From Fimicolochytrium jonesii (taxonomy: Eukaryota): DNA of 64,000 nucleotides. A program made the translations under genes and the position numbers. The notes beneath the pieces are model-generated. The model was not told the DNA's origin and ran no database searches. It was given only the letters and a program-made list of their open reading frames with translations. The stretch lies in the NCBI RefSeq assembly GCF_025526975.1, contig NW_026515682.1, positions 62,001 to 126,000 of the forward strand, read 5' to 3'. Each line of letters begins with the position of its first letter. Within the stretch, counting starts at the first letter, position 1. Positions 41,101 through 53,938 of this stretch are shown here, piece after piece.

Positions 41101-41429
41101 TGGTGCACTGACCCTACAAACTCTGCTACTTTTGCGGCAGACCGAATATCTGTCACCTCACACGGAATAGATGCTTTGCATGTGGGGCAAAAAAGCCCAT
41201 TCAGCCCGCGGTTGGTCCATCCAAACCTCGCGCACATTGGCGGTGTCAAAGCATCTCCGTATAAAAACCAGGTGGCCTCTCTAAAAGTATGGAGCCTTTG
41301 GAACAGCTGATGATCTTTCAACCGCAAAAGGGGTTGCGAGCCGCCCTTTCCGTTTCCGTCGAACGCTGCTAGAATCTCGTCGAGCTTCCGTTTTGAGGGT
41401 GTTCCAACGCGGGGCGAACTTGCAGACAT
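38161..41429 (-). CDS. C3HC zinc finger / Rsm1 (NIPA/ZC3HC1/Pml39-like) protein with a long acidic tail
   Basis: RLHTFREATWF..MCARFGW..CPTC..H..SCPW, then LALFGW..CSLC..WNF..FDALKQH..YCP. One intron near 41040-40890. Confidence 0.85.
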
Positions 41430-41731
41430 TGCGAAGCCTAGAGGAACGAAGTTGTCAACCGACGCACTTGTAAGAAGGGTCTGTGGTTTTGGACAGGGTT
41501 TCAAGGAGCAGAACCGGTTAGGTAGGACTGGGCGACGCGTTTGCATCGACACTTTTCTCCATCGCCCGCTTTTTTGGGGTGGGAGCTCCAAAATTACATT
41601 GAACGAACAAGGCTACACACTACTATGTATGTACAATCAATGCTAGGGTATCAGATAAATAGCACAATCAAGAGAAATTCTGTTTACAGTGATGATGGTG
41701 ATATGAAATTGTGTACGTCGTGAGTCGACGG

Positions 41732-44700
41732 TCAGAGCGTGATCCAGCCTCCACGGTCAAATGTTTGCTCGATCGTCCTTTCGACGTAGCTGGGTATCCC
41801 ATGTGTAGTCCACATCTTCGCCAGTTCGTCGAATCGTTTCTGATTTAAGAAAAGTGGTCGACCACGCCTGGAAACGGAGGGTTGGATATCAGTAAGCGTT
41901 GACGTCTAACTTGGCAGATTCTCAGGACTTACCTGAGACCTGGGTCCACTTCCCCATGCGAGTCCAAATAGGGTGGATGTATGAAGCACCCGTTGTCGTT
42001 ATGTAGAAGCAGAATCAGCCCTTTTCTGATGACAATGAAGATGCCGACATCCGCGCCGCAACTAGAAGGATAGAAGACATGAATTAAGGGCCGACACTTC
42101 ACGGATTCCTTGTAGGCGGCGATATACCTTCTGGCATGCGTGTTACATTCGCCTTTGTCATCCTCCTCACAGCAGTAACTTTGACTGCAAACCAAAGTCC
42201 CGCAAAAGAGACAGATCGCAGGATCAGCGGGGACTTGCTTGCACTTCTGGCACGCTCTCCGCGTTGACTCCTCCAGCAGGGTATCCAATCGCTGCGGCAG
42301 AGCGAACAATGTCGGAGTTCGTGCCGGTGTAACTACTGTATACAGCAAGACTGTCGGGGAAGGCTGCCGCGCAGACATCGCTGAGCTTCGTCGACGAGCT
42401 TGCATGGAGCTGTTGCTCAGGCTAGATCCAGATGCAAAGGACCCCGGAACAGCAATACGTCCGTGCGAGGAGAAGTGTACGGGATTGAAATCGTAGAGCT
42501 GTCTGCACCATCCATTAATCAATTTCGATATATGCTGGTCGTTAAGAGAACTGCTTGAGCATAGCGCATCCAAGGTCGGAAGGCGGAGGTGTCGTCGAAG
42601 CTGCTCATACTCCTGATCGATATCGATATCCTGACCATCGCTGCTTGGTCCCGCGGTCACTGGCACGATACCAAACCGCGCCCAACCCAGAACCGTGCAC
42701 CCACGCAGGAATCCATGCATCGTCTTTCGCATCAATGTTTTCAGGTACGTCGTTCCAACTGTGTCGAGCACCGATTGGGCAAGATTCTCTCGGTCATCGA
42801 TCAGGAGCATACTCGCCACCGCTCTGAAGAAAGCGGCCCATTCTGGGTCGTGTGGCTCGTCATTTGGACGACGTTCGCCCACCTTGTACTTGTTGAAGCC
42901 TACCGCCTCCAGAACGCCGATGAGAGTTGCCACAATCTCTCGGATGTAGAACACCGACAACCACTCCCAGAACGAGTCTTCACCACCCTTTACCACACCG
43001 ATGCCGAAGAAGACCTCGCAGAGTGCATCAACACCATGCATCATCAAGAACGGTGTCATCTCGTTTGTCACGACCTCGCCTTCCAGTAGTCCGCAGAACA
43101 TGCCCCATGTGAGCTCCTGGCCCCATTCCTCGAGCATTCCCTCCGATTCTGGGTTTCGGAGTTCGACAGCAGTACTTGCCATCAATCCTTCACATAGCAC
43201 GCGAAGGAGGGTCAGTCCATTCTCAGGAATCTGATCTATGACTGACTTCCCATTCTGGATCGCGCCTTTACTGCGAGCAGCGACTTCAAGACACCGGATC
43301 GTGTAAGCAACCGCTTTCCAGCGCTCGACCCAACCTTCCATATGCAGATCTCGTGTTTGATTCCCACTTGCTGAGAGTAGAGTTCGGTTGAAGCGGCGAT
43401 ACAGATGACTCGGATCGGATTGCTGGGTAGCTTCTCGCCGGGGTTGGCCTACATGTTCGAATCGCTGTACGATCTCTCCCTCGTCTTCGATCAACTCTCC
43501 GTGGACGAGAGCACGGGCGAACTCTGACAACCCACTATGCCACCAATAACCGAAACTCGGCCCCTCTGCGTCGGTGATGTTGGGAGACACTTTTTCCTCC
43601 ATTTGAGCCCAGAGGACGGGTACAAAGACGTTTCCAAGTGTCTTGCACAGAGGACAAAGGAACTCGTTGCGCTCAAGGTCTTCAGGTTGGTTTCTGCCAA
43701 GCTGCGTGTCCTGTCGATTCCGCACCGAAGCATAATATTGATGGAAGCACGTAAGGTGCATCAGATGGCCGCAAGTCGAGATGTATAAGCCAAGTGCAGC
43801 GATCGTGGGCGGTCGCTCGTAATCCAGTTCGACCCTGCTAAGAAGCGTGCTGGGCTGCGCGAAGCACAACATGCCGTACGTTTCGTTTTTGTCCTTCGTC
43901 TCCTCCTGGCAGAATATGCAGGTGCCGGACGGATAGTCCCACATACGCTTGTGTGCCAATGGCGATGATGTTTCCACGCCCTCCATCTCATCGCCTTCAA
44001 TGTCCCAACCTTCTCCCGCATTTAGAGCCGCGTCGTCGTCTTCTTCGTCCTCCACAACGCTCATTTGGTTTTCCTGCACGAATTTCTCTTGAGCAGCCGC
44101 AAATTGTGCCATGATAGCAGCTTTGCGAGCCTTCGCAGCAGCTTTTGCATCCAGCTTTTTCTTCTCGCTTTCAGACTGCTCAGCGTTGTTCGAGTGACCA
44201 TTGGTTTCGTCGCGCCATCGACGTACAATGAACTTCGCATGATCATCACCTATCTCCTCGATTCTAGGGACAAGCCGCTCTATGCGTTTGAGCAGATCCT
44301 TCATGTCGTCGTCGGCCTCCGCTTGGCTAGAGCCAATGATTCGGATCAATAAGTCCAGAAGTGTCTCTCGGTCGGGCCCATTGTCCGGAAGACCTGTCGG
44401 CACCTGTACGACGACGTTGGCCAAGGAAGTAGCGAACTCATGCCCCGACGGGCTATACAGGAACAAAGCCAATAGATGTACCGCTTCGGCAATTATGGTC
44501 GTACTCGGGACAATGCCGAAAACGATGTTCCAGAAGCTGAAATACAGCAAGTGGATGAGGGTATCGCTCCGTACCATGGCGTTCAGCTTATCTTCGAGCG
44601 CTGCCGTGCCACCCTGCGTCGACGTAGGAAGGCTTGGGATCCACCAGTCAGTTTCCCCGCGCGCAACATATCGCGTCTTGAGTTTCTCCTCAACTTCCTC

Positions 44701-47700
44701 TCGCTGGTTTTTGGAGAAATGCCAGAACCATGGGTTTACTGCATCCCATTCCGTGTTTTTCAAGACGTACACGCCGCTATCGCTTGGACCTTCGGGTGAC
44801 TTGTACTCGGCGACGGTTCCCAATATATCGTCAAAATCATCGGCAGTATCAACTAGCCGCTCAGGGATGCGGTTCGACAGCTCCGAGTACGTCACCCCGT
44901 GCGAACCTGCAGCGGCCAAGTGATGTACCATCTCCCGCCTCAATTCTGCACGATCGTCAAATTGGAGCAGTTTCGAGCGCTCGCTGAACAACGTAATGAG
45001 AAGCTCCAGGAAATCCTCTACTAGTAGTACAATCTGCTGGTCTTCGTGTCCGGTGGCACTGGAGCAGGCGCGCGGGTCACCAGTGAACCACAAACTCAAA
45101 TCGTACCGATCCAACAACGCCGTCAGGAAGATGTCCGGACCGACAACAGCGGAGTAGATTTGGAGCAGAAATAGGTCCTGATCATGGTGGTCGCAGAATG
45201 TTGTGCTGCGGTAGTATGACGCTTGCGCACGGATAGTCATGCCGTTACGCACCCATATCCCCGCACGGATTTGTGAAAGCAAAACACACGTTTGCAGGGG
45301 AATCTCCATCAATCTACTCACAAACTCGATGCTGGCCGCTGCGGAATACGTCCCCGGTGCTTGTCCTTCTTGGAAGACTCGCTGTAGTAGGGCATCGGCG
45401 TCAGATCTTCCACTACTGCTCACCTTTACGATCAAGCCGAGCATGTGGGCCAAAAACCAGTGCAAGGGATGGTGAAATGAGACTGGCTGACTGGCCACGC
45501 TGAAAAATGGCACCCTGATCGGCCTCTCAGGCACGAAATTTACAGCGTGGAATCCGTCCGCTTCGGGAATACGCCTGTGCATGTCGACTCCCACGCCCGT
45601 CGCTTGGCCCTGCTGGAGTAACACCCGGTGGACGCTTTCTTCCAAAACGGCGTGACACCACGAATCCAGCAATCTAAGAGTTTCGACGACGCGTTCGAAC
45701 AGGTCGCTCAGTCCGATGACAGACAGTCCTTCGGCCATGGACTGCACCAGTCTTCCTATATGTAAACTGAGGTTGAAAGCTCTGATCCATTGATCTCGTT
45801 CGTACTCGATATGCTGGCGGCGATATCGCGTTTGGGCGTGCATTCCTTGCCACACGCAGCAAAGATCCAAAAAGCGCGTGAAGGTCGCCTTGTCAACTCC
45901 AGCGGCACCCGGGACGAGCTTGTCAGCTGATAGTAGATACTTGGCATCTTGGAACAAATGAATGTAAGGCTTGTTCTTTGTTGCTTCCGAATCGCATGTA
46001 AGTGGTGGATAGCGAGACTGAGACCAATCCCTTGCAGTAGCGAAGGCCGTCTGAATCTCCCTCAGAGGAAACCGTTCGGGGAGGACCTCGGACAGAAAGA
46101 ATGCTTTCAGAACAGTGAATATCGTTGTAAGCAGATCCGTATGGGTAGTCAAATAGTGACCAATCGTCGGCACGGTGAAGATTTGGACGGAGATATTCAG
46201 TACCGAGAGGTCCGGCTCTCTGTCGTGGAAGAGGTAGTTCGTGATGATGGGAAGATAGGATCGAGCAAATTGAATGCCAAACGATTTCCTGGTGGTGTCT
46301 CCGCTCACGATGAATGTGCCTATGTACAGTTCACGCATCGTATTCCGGGCCCCCTTCCAAAGCTTGATATCGGATACAAGCATGTGGTCCAGTCTTGACC
46401 GGGTCTCCCTCGCTACGCCTTCATGAATAGGTGCTTTTGAAAGGCGGTCCGATGTGCTATCCGAAATCCCCCTCTCGATATGCAAATCGCCAGAGGATTC
46501 ACTAAACACGACCCCAGACATGTGTGAATCTCCAGCAAGTAACGAGTTCTTGGCAAAGTCCCGTTTAAATGACCGACGAGAGGAGCAAAGCTCTTCACAT
46601 ATGACCCGGCGGATGAAGGCATCCACCGGTTCAGATAAGCCGCTTTGGGTGCCATTAGTTTGTCTCGGGAGGTTCTTCAACCATTCTATCAAGAAACCGG
46701 ACACTTCTTCCCGGAAGGTTTCCCGTGCGGAACGTAGGGAGACGGTCAAACCAATCCGACTTATCACGGACATGACCCTGGACAGCTCGTCGGAATTATT
46801 CGAAACCGTCAGCACATGTCGTCCATGCGAGTCAACCGTCTCTGCGACAATTTTTGCCTCATTCGTTGTGACGCCCATTGCATCCTTGACCTGGTCTATG
46901 ACCTCCGTGAACGAATGTGTTTCGTCGTTCCATAGGATGCATGCGTGATTGTATTTCAATGTTGCTTCGGGATCCGACGAGGCAAATCCTAACTCGTGGT
47001 CTTCCGGGGCATCCAAACATATAACAGTCGAGCCGTCGCCCCGCGACGGTTTGGGAAGCTTGGAAGGAGAATCACTGATGGTATCGATGACGAAATCCAG
47101 AACCGTGGCTATCGTAGTTCGGATCGAGTTTTGCAAGACCTGCGGCAGTGCGCTAGATGATGCGCCAGCGGTGGCTCCAGCGCTCTCTGCAGTTGTTGAG
47201 CTTGGTTCGCTCTTGGCATGCGAGGTGTGATACTTGCATTTCACTGGAACTTTCCAGGCTTCAGGATCATTGCAGTCGCAGCATCCCCCATGTCCCGTCG
47301 CAATGGAAAAGGAAGTGTCGTGGCCCTCATGATCGCTGCCGTGGAAGCAATACGAACAAAAGACGCAGGTCTCATCTAACCCGCAGTTCCTGAGGACGTG
47401 ACGATGCAAATTAGCAACGCAGAACCTCTCAATGCTCTGATTCCACCGGATCAAACTACCTGCATCGATAGATAGCCTCTCCCTTCTTAAAAACATGCCC
47501 GCATGCTCTCCCTCGATGAGATTCCTGATACTCAGGGGCGCGGGCCGCTGGATGTGCGTCGGCTGAGGACGCTCCCTGACCTGCTCCGGTATCATTGCTG
47601 CCGGGGTCACTCTCATTGAACCTTCCAGGCACATGACGTTGACCAAACACAAGCTCCGGCGAGGAACCAAGGCACAGCCTCTCGTTCACTATTGTGATGA

Positions 47701-47803
47701 TCTCATCCAAGGTGTCACGTCCGATGGGAAGTTCATATCGGTAGTGCGAGGGAAATGGGGAGTTGTGTAGGTAGGTATATAGGTGCGAGTCAAAGTGAGG
47801 CAT
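41732..47803 (-). CDS. UBR1: N-end rule E3 ubiquitin ligase Ubr1
   Basis: UBR box (CGHVFKKGE..YRC..C..DETCV.C..CF..H.GH..GGCCDC.DPEAW), ClpS-like LWNDETHSF, RING segment CIFCQE..TCGH.MH..C..FLCPLC, and PYLDSHGEVD. Confidence 0.95.
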
Positions 47804-48312
47804 GTCGGAGACGGGCACGGCGTTCGGAAGAAAGATCCTTCGTTGCCTCATGTCGCCTGTGGTTGAGTGGACGAGCTCTTATTTGAATGCTTTGCTGCGA
47901 TGTTGGTTGCGTAACGTTCTTTGCTGTGGGACTACGTATGCCCGAACAAAAGTGAAATTTTCGATAGTCGAACAAGTTCCCAGGGGGATGATAATATGGT
48001 CAGCGACGATGGAGTGAAGTTTCGGATAAGCTCGGAGGGAAAGCAGACCGCTTAATGTCTATACTTTGCGAGTGAGTCGATACAGCGAATAGCTTTTGTG
48101 TGCGGAGACGATCTTCTTTGACGATGTGGTGATGCTGAGTTGTGAAGTTGGAACGATTCTGGGGAAGAAGTTTCCGAGGTGAGGCCTGACGAGCCTTCAT
48201 CTTTACGAGCCCGCGGGCGTCACAGATCTCGTCAGGGGTCGCGCGTGTGAAGAAGACGCCGAAGAGGGGACTTCACCTTTTTGGGTCCTTGCCAAAGGGA
48301 CGCCGACAGAAC

Positions 48313-49622
48313 ATGACTCCCTCCACCGAGCCCACAACCGCAACCCACACAACATCGCTCACTTTCCCACAGCCCTTCCTAGCATTCCTCAGCGACAATG
48401 GTCTAAGTGTCGACGAATACTCCTTTGACGGCCGGCTCCCTCGCTACATTCGTGTCAAGCCCACTTCCGCAGACACTTTTTCAATTCCCGACCTCGAGGC
48501 CGACCTAGGCACCCCAGTGACGCCCGTCGAGTGGCTGGAAGGCTTCTATCGCTTGGACGGGGATGTTCGCATTGCTACATGTAGGGCGTACAAAGAGGGG
48601 AGGATATATGGGATAGATATCTCATCGGGGGTTGCTGTGCACGCGTTGGACGTGCAGCCTAACGATAATGTCCTGGACGTATGCTGTGCTCCGGGGATGA
48701 AACTGTGCAACATTGCTGACCTGCAGGGGAGAGATGGACTGGGGACGGTGACTGGGGTGGATATCTCGAAGGATCGGTTGGCAACGTGTAAAAATCTCCT
48801 GAAGAAATACAAGCTGGAACGGGCGCGACTCTTTGCTGCAGGTGCGGGATCCGGACAGTGATGTGCTTTCTCGGATATGTGTACTAAGACCCTCCGTTTC
48901 TCGTACTAGATGGAACGTCTTTTTCGGTATATGCCCCGTCGACTGTTGGCCAACATACCCATCCCGCCGTGGCGGGAACGCCATCATCTTCATGTAGCTC
49001 AATACCCAGCACAGCGCCGGCAGATACCAGCATGGGGGACTCAGCCCGGGCGGAGAAGCCGGATGAGGATATGGGCGAAGGACCGCCATCAACCGTGCTG
49101 GCAGCCCCCATCCCGACCGAAAAGATAAAACCATTCCACGCAACACGAATGCTCCGACAAGACCCGCAACTATCCCTTCCCGACCTACTCTACGACAAAG
49201 TCCTCGTAGACGCCGAATGCACGCACGACGGGTCAATAGTCCATCTCCTGAAATACGACCGGCTAGGATGGAAGACATTTGAGGAAAAGTTCATGGATCC
49301 CGACCGATTGACGAACTTGCAGACGTTGCAGAGAGGGTTGATTGCGAATGGATATAAGCTGTTGAAACCGGGCGGTGTGCTTGTTTACAGCACTTGCAGT
49401 TTTTCGAGGATGCAGAACGAGGATATCGTCGCGTGGTTCCTTGGCCAACATCCCGATGCGGTGTTGGAACCTGTACCTGGCGTTGAGAGGTTTCCGGTTG
49501 CGAGCACACTGGCACACCTGTATCTGAGGGTGGATCTCTCGCATGTCATCCGGTTCAGTCCGGTGCCATCGCAGACGAGTGGACTGTTCATCGCACGGAT
49601 ACGGAAGGCGCTGTTGACGTAG
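48313..49622 (+). CDS. NOL1/NOP2/Sun-family RNA m5C methyltransferase (2 exons)
   Basis: VLDVCCAPGMK, YDKVLVDAECTHDGS and LKPGGVLVYSTCS..QNEDIV. Intron at about 48842-48909. Confidence 0.9.
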
Positions 49623-49871
49623 ATGTATTTAAGTAGACTGAGCTCGCATGGAGATGGCCTTCTCGACGTAGTGGTGTATATGACGAATAAAATATTGACT
49701 TTTTGGACTGGTGGCTGTCCGAGTGCTCCACATCAAGTGAAATGGGCATGTCCTAACATCGAGTGCTCTATAGCTGGAATTGCGCTATGAATCTATCTAC
49801 ATGTTGTGAGTCCCGCCGCATAAGTCCTATGCTTCGGCAAATACGAAAGCACATCGATGGCATCCCACGGC

Positions 49872-51696
49872 TCATTTCTCATAACCTTCAGTGCTGTAGT
49901 GCTGAGGGTGCTCCTTCATCAACCGATGCAACTCCTGTTCCTGCTCCTTCAAGTTCCAAGGCTGCTCCCCAGCATAGACGTCAGTGAACAGGTACTTGAC
50001 CGGCGGCTTCTTGACCTTCTCAGCGGCAGCGAACGATTTCAGGATCTTGGCGCGGATATCCTTCTTGAAGGAGTCCTCCTCCTTCTGGCTCCACCAGTCC
50101 TTCTTCTCAAGGTATTTGCGGAAACGCGACATGGGGCTGTCCTGCTTGATCCATTCTGAGACTTCCGATTTGGGCCGGTAGGCGGACGAGTCGTCGGATG
50201 TACTGTGGTGTCCAACACTGCAAGAGTACGAGTGCTTAGAGGGGTGGAAAGTTGGAAACGATGGCGTTCCCGGAACGACTTACCGGTATGTAAGGGCCTC
50301 GATCAGAACTGGTCGTGACTCGGTGATTGCCCTCTTTCTTGCTTCCTTCACCACGTTATAGACCGCCTTTACGGAAGCCAGGTTAGACGACCTTCCTGGA
50401 TTGGAATCAAATAAGGGAAGACTCACCAGTGCGTCGTTACCGTCCACACGGACCGTGTCCATTCCATATCCGGTTCCTCGAGACGCTGGATATCATAAGT
50501 TGAGTAAGCGAGATCCTTTGATCCGCCAACAGAATAACATGCATACCTATTCCGTCACCACGGTATTGATCTCTTACTGGCGTCGAAATTGCGTATCCGT
50601 TGTTGCGGCTGCAGAGAGTGACTCCCGGGTTAGACAACTCACCATGAACCTCTCCGTTCAAGATGGCTTACTGACCAGAAGAACAGGGCAGGGCTCTCGG
50701 TTGTAGACGCGATGTTCAACGCAGCGTGGAAGTCTCCCTCGGAGGCCGCACCTTCTCCAAAGTAGCAAATAACACAGGCATCCTTTCCACTGCGCTTGAG
50801 CGCATATGCAGATCCAGCTGCTTGTGGCAGTTGTGTTCCCAGAGGGGAAGAGATTGTCTGGAAGTTGAGCTTCTTGCTACCGTAGTGAACGGGCATCTGC
50901 CGTCCCTTGCCGTAGTCCAGAGCGTTCGAGTAGCATTGATTCATGAACTCGTCCAGTGTGAACCCGCGATACATCAGTACTCCTGCTTCACGGTATTGTC
51001 TGCGTGAACGGGCGTGAGTGATTCACTGGCGGGATACGTAAACCTCTCGGTCGTCACGAGTACATACCCGTAGACCACATCGTCCAACTTCAAGGCGGCG
51101 GCACTTCCCATATGTGTCGCCTCCTCTCCATAACTTGTCATGTAGAACGAAATACGTCCCTGACGTTGAGCTTCGTATAGAATCAAGTCCATTGCGTTCA
51201 GCGTCAGCATGGACGTGTACATCTTCAAAGCCACTTCTTTCGAAAGCTGATAGTGCCGTTGTCAATATGATTGCAAACGCAATTGGCTTCGCCTATAACA
51301 CTTCTCCCATCATACCTCGGGATCTTGAGACTTGTCAATCACATTGCCGTCCAGGTCGAGCACACGGTAGGTCGGGATAGAATCCACATTTCGTTGGAAG
51401 TTCAGCTTCTCGGTGTAGTGCGAACCCGTCGCTCCTGGAAAGAGCACTTTGCCTTTGGGAGGCGTTGTGGCAGATGTTGCCAACTCTGCTACCCTCTGCT
51501 TCCAAAATCCACACGAAAATCCGAAGAAAAGGCGACAGCGTTAGGAGGACGCTGGTCGACAAGCATGAAACTTCAGACATCCCGAGGGCAAAGACGGACA
51601 CACCTGGTTGAGTTGAGTGGCAAAGCGCTGAGACACTGCCAACCGGGTACAGCCACGGGACAAACTCCTCCAAGCCGGACGCATGACGGACGACAT
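49872..51696 (-). CDS. BCKDHA: Branched-chain 2-oxoacid dehydrogenase E1 alpha (mitochondrial)
   Basis: [64 protein letters not shown]; Arg/Ser-rich presequence. Confidence 0.95.
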
Positions 51697-51961
51697 TTTC
51701 GGTAGGGAAGGACAGAGTAGAAGCGGCCTCACGGTCGGTCTGTAGCAGTGGAACGGGAGCCTCACCCAAATTACTGTGGATAGAGGAGGGGTTGGTTGTC
51801 ACTTGCGAAAGCCCCACTTTTCAACGTCGCAAGTGTGGACTTGAACAGAAAGTGCTCGCAAGTCACACCGGCTGGCTGGCTGACCCCCCCACACGCTCCA
51901 CACGCGCGACGCGTGACTTCAATTTGACTCGCACTTGGGAACTCACCCAACGACGAGGCCT

Positions 51962-51990
51962 CTTCATTCGCTTCATTCGCTTCATTCGCT
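51962..51990. repeat. 9-bp tandem repeat (CTTCATTCG)x3
   Basis: Read directly. The unit TTCATTCGC recurs at 57130-57138. Confidence 0.85.
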
Positions 51991-52332
51991 TAGGGTTCCG
52001 CTCCCCGGAGAGGCGGGGAAACACAGTTGTTCTTGCATAACGCTAATCTTCTCGTTATTCTCTGATCGCAATCGCATAAGCTCTAGACGAAGCGAGTGAC
52101 ATGTCTCACAGGGTCCCGGGTTGTTGCTAATTGAAAGAACGGTCTGCGGTATAGGTTGACCGAAAGGATTAACTTGAAGACCCCGAGACGATAGCTGATT
52201 CGCTAACATCAAAATATGCTGAATGAGTTCTCTGCATCGCTGCTTAACGTCCGTAGAGTCAACATGTTGCAGAAAGAGGTCTTCCAGCTCTGTTATCTTC
52301 TGAATGAGATCGTCCATGTTTGGATGCATCAT
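51982..52332 (-). CDS. Hypothetical helical/coiled-coil protein with CxxC (island ORF)
   Basis: Intronless ORF MMHPNMDDLIQKITELEDL...PCETCHSL. The stop codon falls inside the 9-bp repeat. Confidence 0.5.
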   Translation of the reverse strand: MMHPNMDDLIQKITELEDLFLQHVDSTDVKQRCRELIQHILMLANQLSSRGLQVNPFGQPIPQTVLSISNNPGPCETCHSLRLELMRLRSENNEKISVMQEQLCFPASPGSGTLSE

Positions 52333-52545
52333 AAAGAGATTTAACCTCAAGCATATACCGCCAAACTTTGGTTAGTAACGTGACTCGTGATTATATCACT
52401 CGTGTTTGTACTACTGTGACTTGCTGCTTACGTAGCAAGGCGCGGAAGCAATGGTTTGACAAAAAAAAGGGCACTATAAGAAGAGCGACTCCTTTGCCGG
52501 ATCCTCTGCCGAACTCAACTATATCTTACTTACGTCGCAGCGACA

Positions 52546-53517
52546 ATGACAACGAAAAAGCTTTACGTTCAATCAGTAACAGACTTGCAAGTCGGACAAC
52601 TTTATATCACTCGCTGTAGTCTAGAGCAACTGGATGACACGTTCAGCGGCATACTCTCAACGTCCACCGCATCATCCACCACGTCTCTTCCCGATCCATA
52701 TCTCAACGGATTAGGTCCCGCTGGCAAAAAAGCACCGCCGCGAATTGTTCTGTTGCTTGACAAGAGCGCTAGTGGGCTTCTAACATGTGCTCCACTCACA
52801 ACGAGGAATGGTCGCACGATCGCGGATGACAACAATTTTCGTCCTGACGATGACAAGGAGAAGATGCGTCGTCTGTTACGGCCTGTATCACCCATGGTGC
52901 ATCCTGAAGCATTCCGCATCGTAGAAGCTCCGAAAAACAAGTACAATCCAGCCGTTCAATACATCCACCTTCTGCGTTACCAATGTCACTTCGCTCCGGA
53001 TATGTTTGTTCCTATCAAAGACGATGCCGGAAGAATATCTCACATGGATGATGCAGAACTAGGGCGATACATGCGAGAAGCATCAAAGGCACTTGATTGG
53101 CTTTTGACGCATCAGGGATCTACAAGCGCATTAGGGCATAATGGAGACAAGGATGATGAAGGACCAAGCGAGGACAAACATGAGAAAAACACGGATTACC
53201 GAGAGAAGAAGAACGCTAAACGCAGCAAGGACGGGGAAAGCGATGCGGAGGCGAATAAGGATGCGAATGAAAGGAAATCAGATGGTGCGGGGGCAACAGC
53301 TAATGGAGAAACGTTAGAAGACTCCTCGGAGGGCCCTTGGCACGGTTGGGGTGATTGGCGGCCTACATTTGACGAACACGGTTATCTCAACTTACCGGAT
53401 GAAGAGGAGGACGACTATCTGACAGATATGAACATCATGATTGCCAATGCGTTAGGAAGAAGGCCCACTCATGACCCTGATTGCGTTGAGCAGTGGAGAC
53501 GTTCTGTAGCGATTTGA
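52546..53517 (+). CDS. Hypothetical protein with a PemK/MazF-like (DUF6590-like) N-terminal fold and an acidic tail
   Basis: 323-aa intronless ORF. The pattern LQVGQLY...KKAPPRIVLLLDK..GLLTCAPLTTRNG resembles PemK/MazF G.I...K.RP.LV.S....v.v.PITT. Confidence 0.6.
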   Translation: MTTKKLYVQSVTDLQVGQLYITRCSLEQLDDTFSGILSTSTASSTTSLPDPYLNGLGPAGKKAPPRIVLLLDKSASGLLTCAPLTTRNGRTIADDNNFRPDDDKEKMRRLLRPVSPMVHPEAFRIVEAPKNKYNPAVQYIHLLRYQCHFAPDMFVPIKDDAGRISHMDDAELGRYMREASKALDWLLTHQGSTSALGHNGDKDDEGPSEDKHEKNTDYREKKNAKRSKDGESDAEANKDANERKSDGAGATANGETLEDSSEGPWHGWGDWRPTFDEHGYLNLPDEEEDDYLTDMNIMIANALGRRPTHDPDCVEQWRRSVAI

Positions 53518-53532
53518 AATTACATAAAAAGT

Positions 53533-53826
53533 ATGTATAATATCAGAATGCTTTCTCAAGTTCAAACTACAAATACTCAGCCCCCCGTACGGCACACACA
53601 GACTGTCACCTCGAATCCAGACGGATCAGTCACTCGTCAAGACACTACCACGACAGGGGCAGGGGGTATAACCCCCTCACCCCCCTACCGAGGAACCCAA
53701 CCAGTCGTGCAGGGTGTCACTGTGCCTAACCCGCCTGATGCTGACAATGCTGTAGTTCAGGCAAAACAGACCGAAAGAGCTGCTCAAGACGTTCAGGCGA
53801 ATTATAAGCAGGCTGGGGTTATTTAG
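53533..53826 (+). CDS. Small T/Q/P-rich hypothetical protein (island ORF)
   Basis: Intronless ORF starting 15 bp after the previous stop; biased but protein-like composition. Confidence 0.5.
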   Translation: MYNIRMLSQVQTTNTQPPVRHTQTVTSNPDGSVTRQDTTTTGAGGITPSPPYRGTQPVVQGVTVPNPPDADNAVVQAKQTERAAQDVQANYKQAGVI

Positions 53827-53938
53827 GTGTCACGTCTTCATATGAACGGATATCTGACGGGGTATATAAAAGCAGAACTCATTGAGCATCTTTCGCCAAG
53901 TTAAAATGGTTTACCTTTCGAAGCAACTGTGTACTTTC

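Noticed and set aside
47400..47670. N-terminus of the 1913-aa ORF as given in the track
   Set aside because: It is an alternative frame plus intron read-through. The real UBR1 exon 1 is in the 47456-47851 frame.
51962..51990. CRISPR-like or telomeric array
   Set aside because: A simple 9-bp tandem repeat without spacers, with only a single adjacent TTAGGG.
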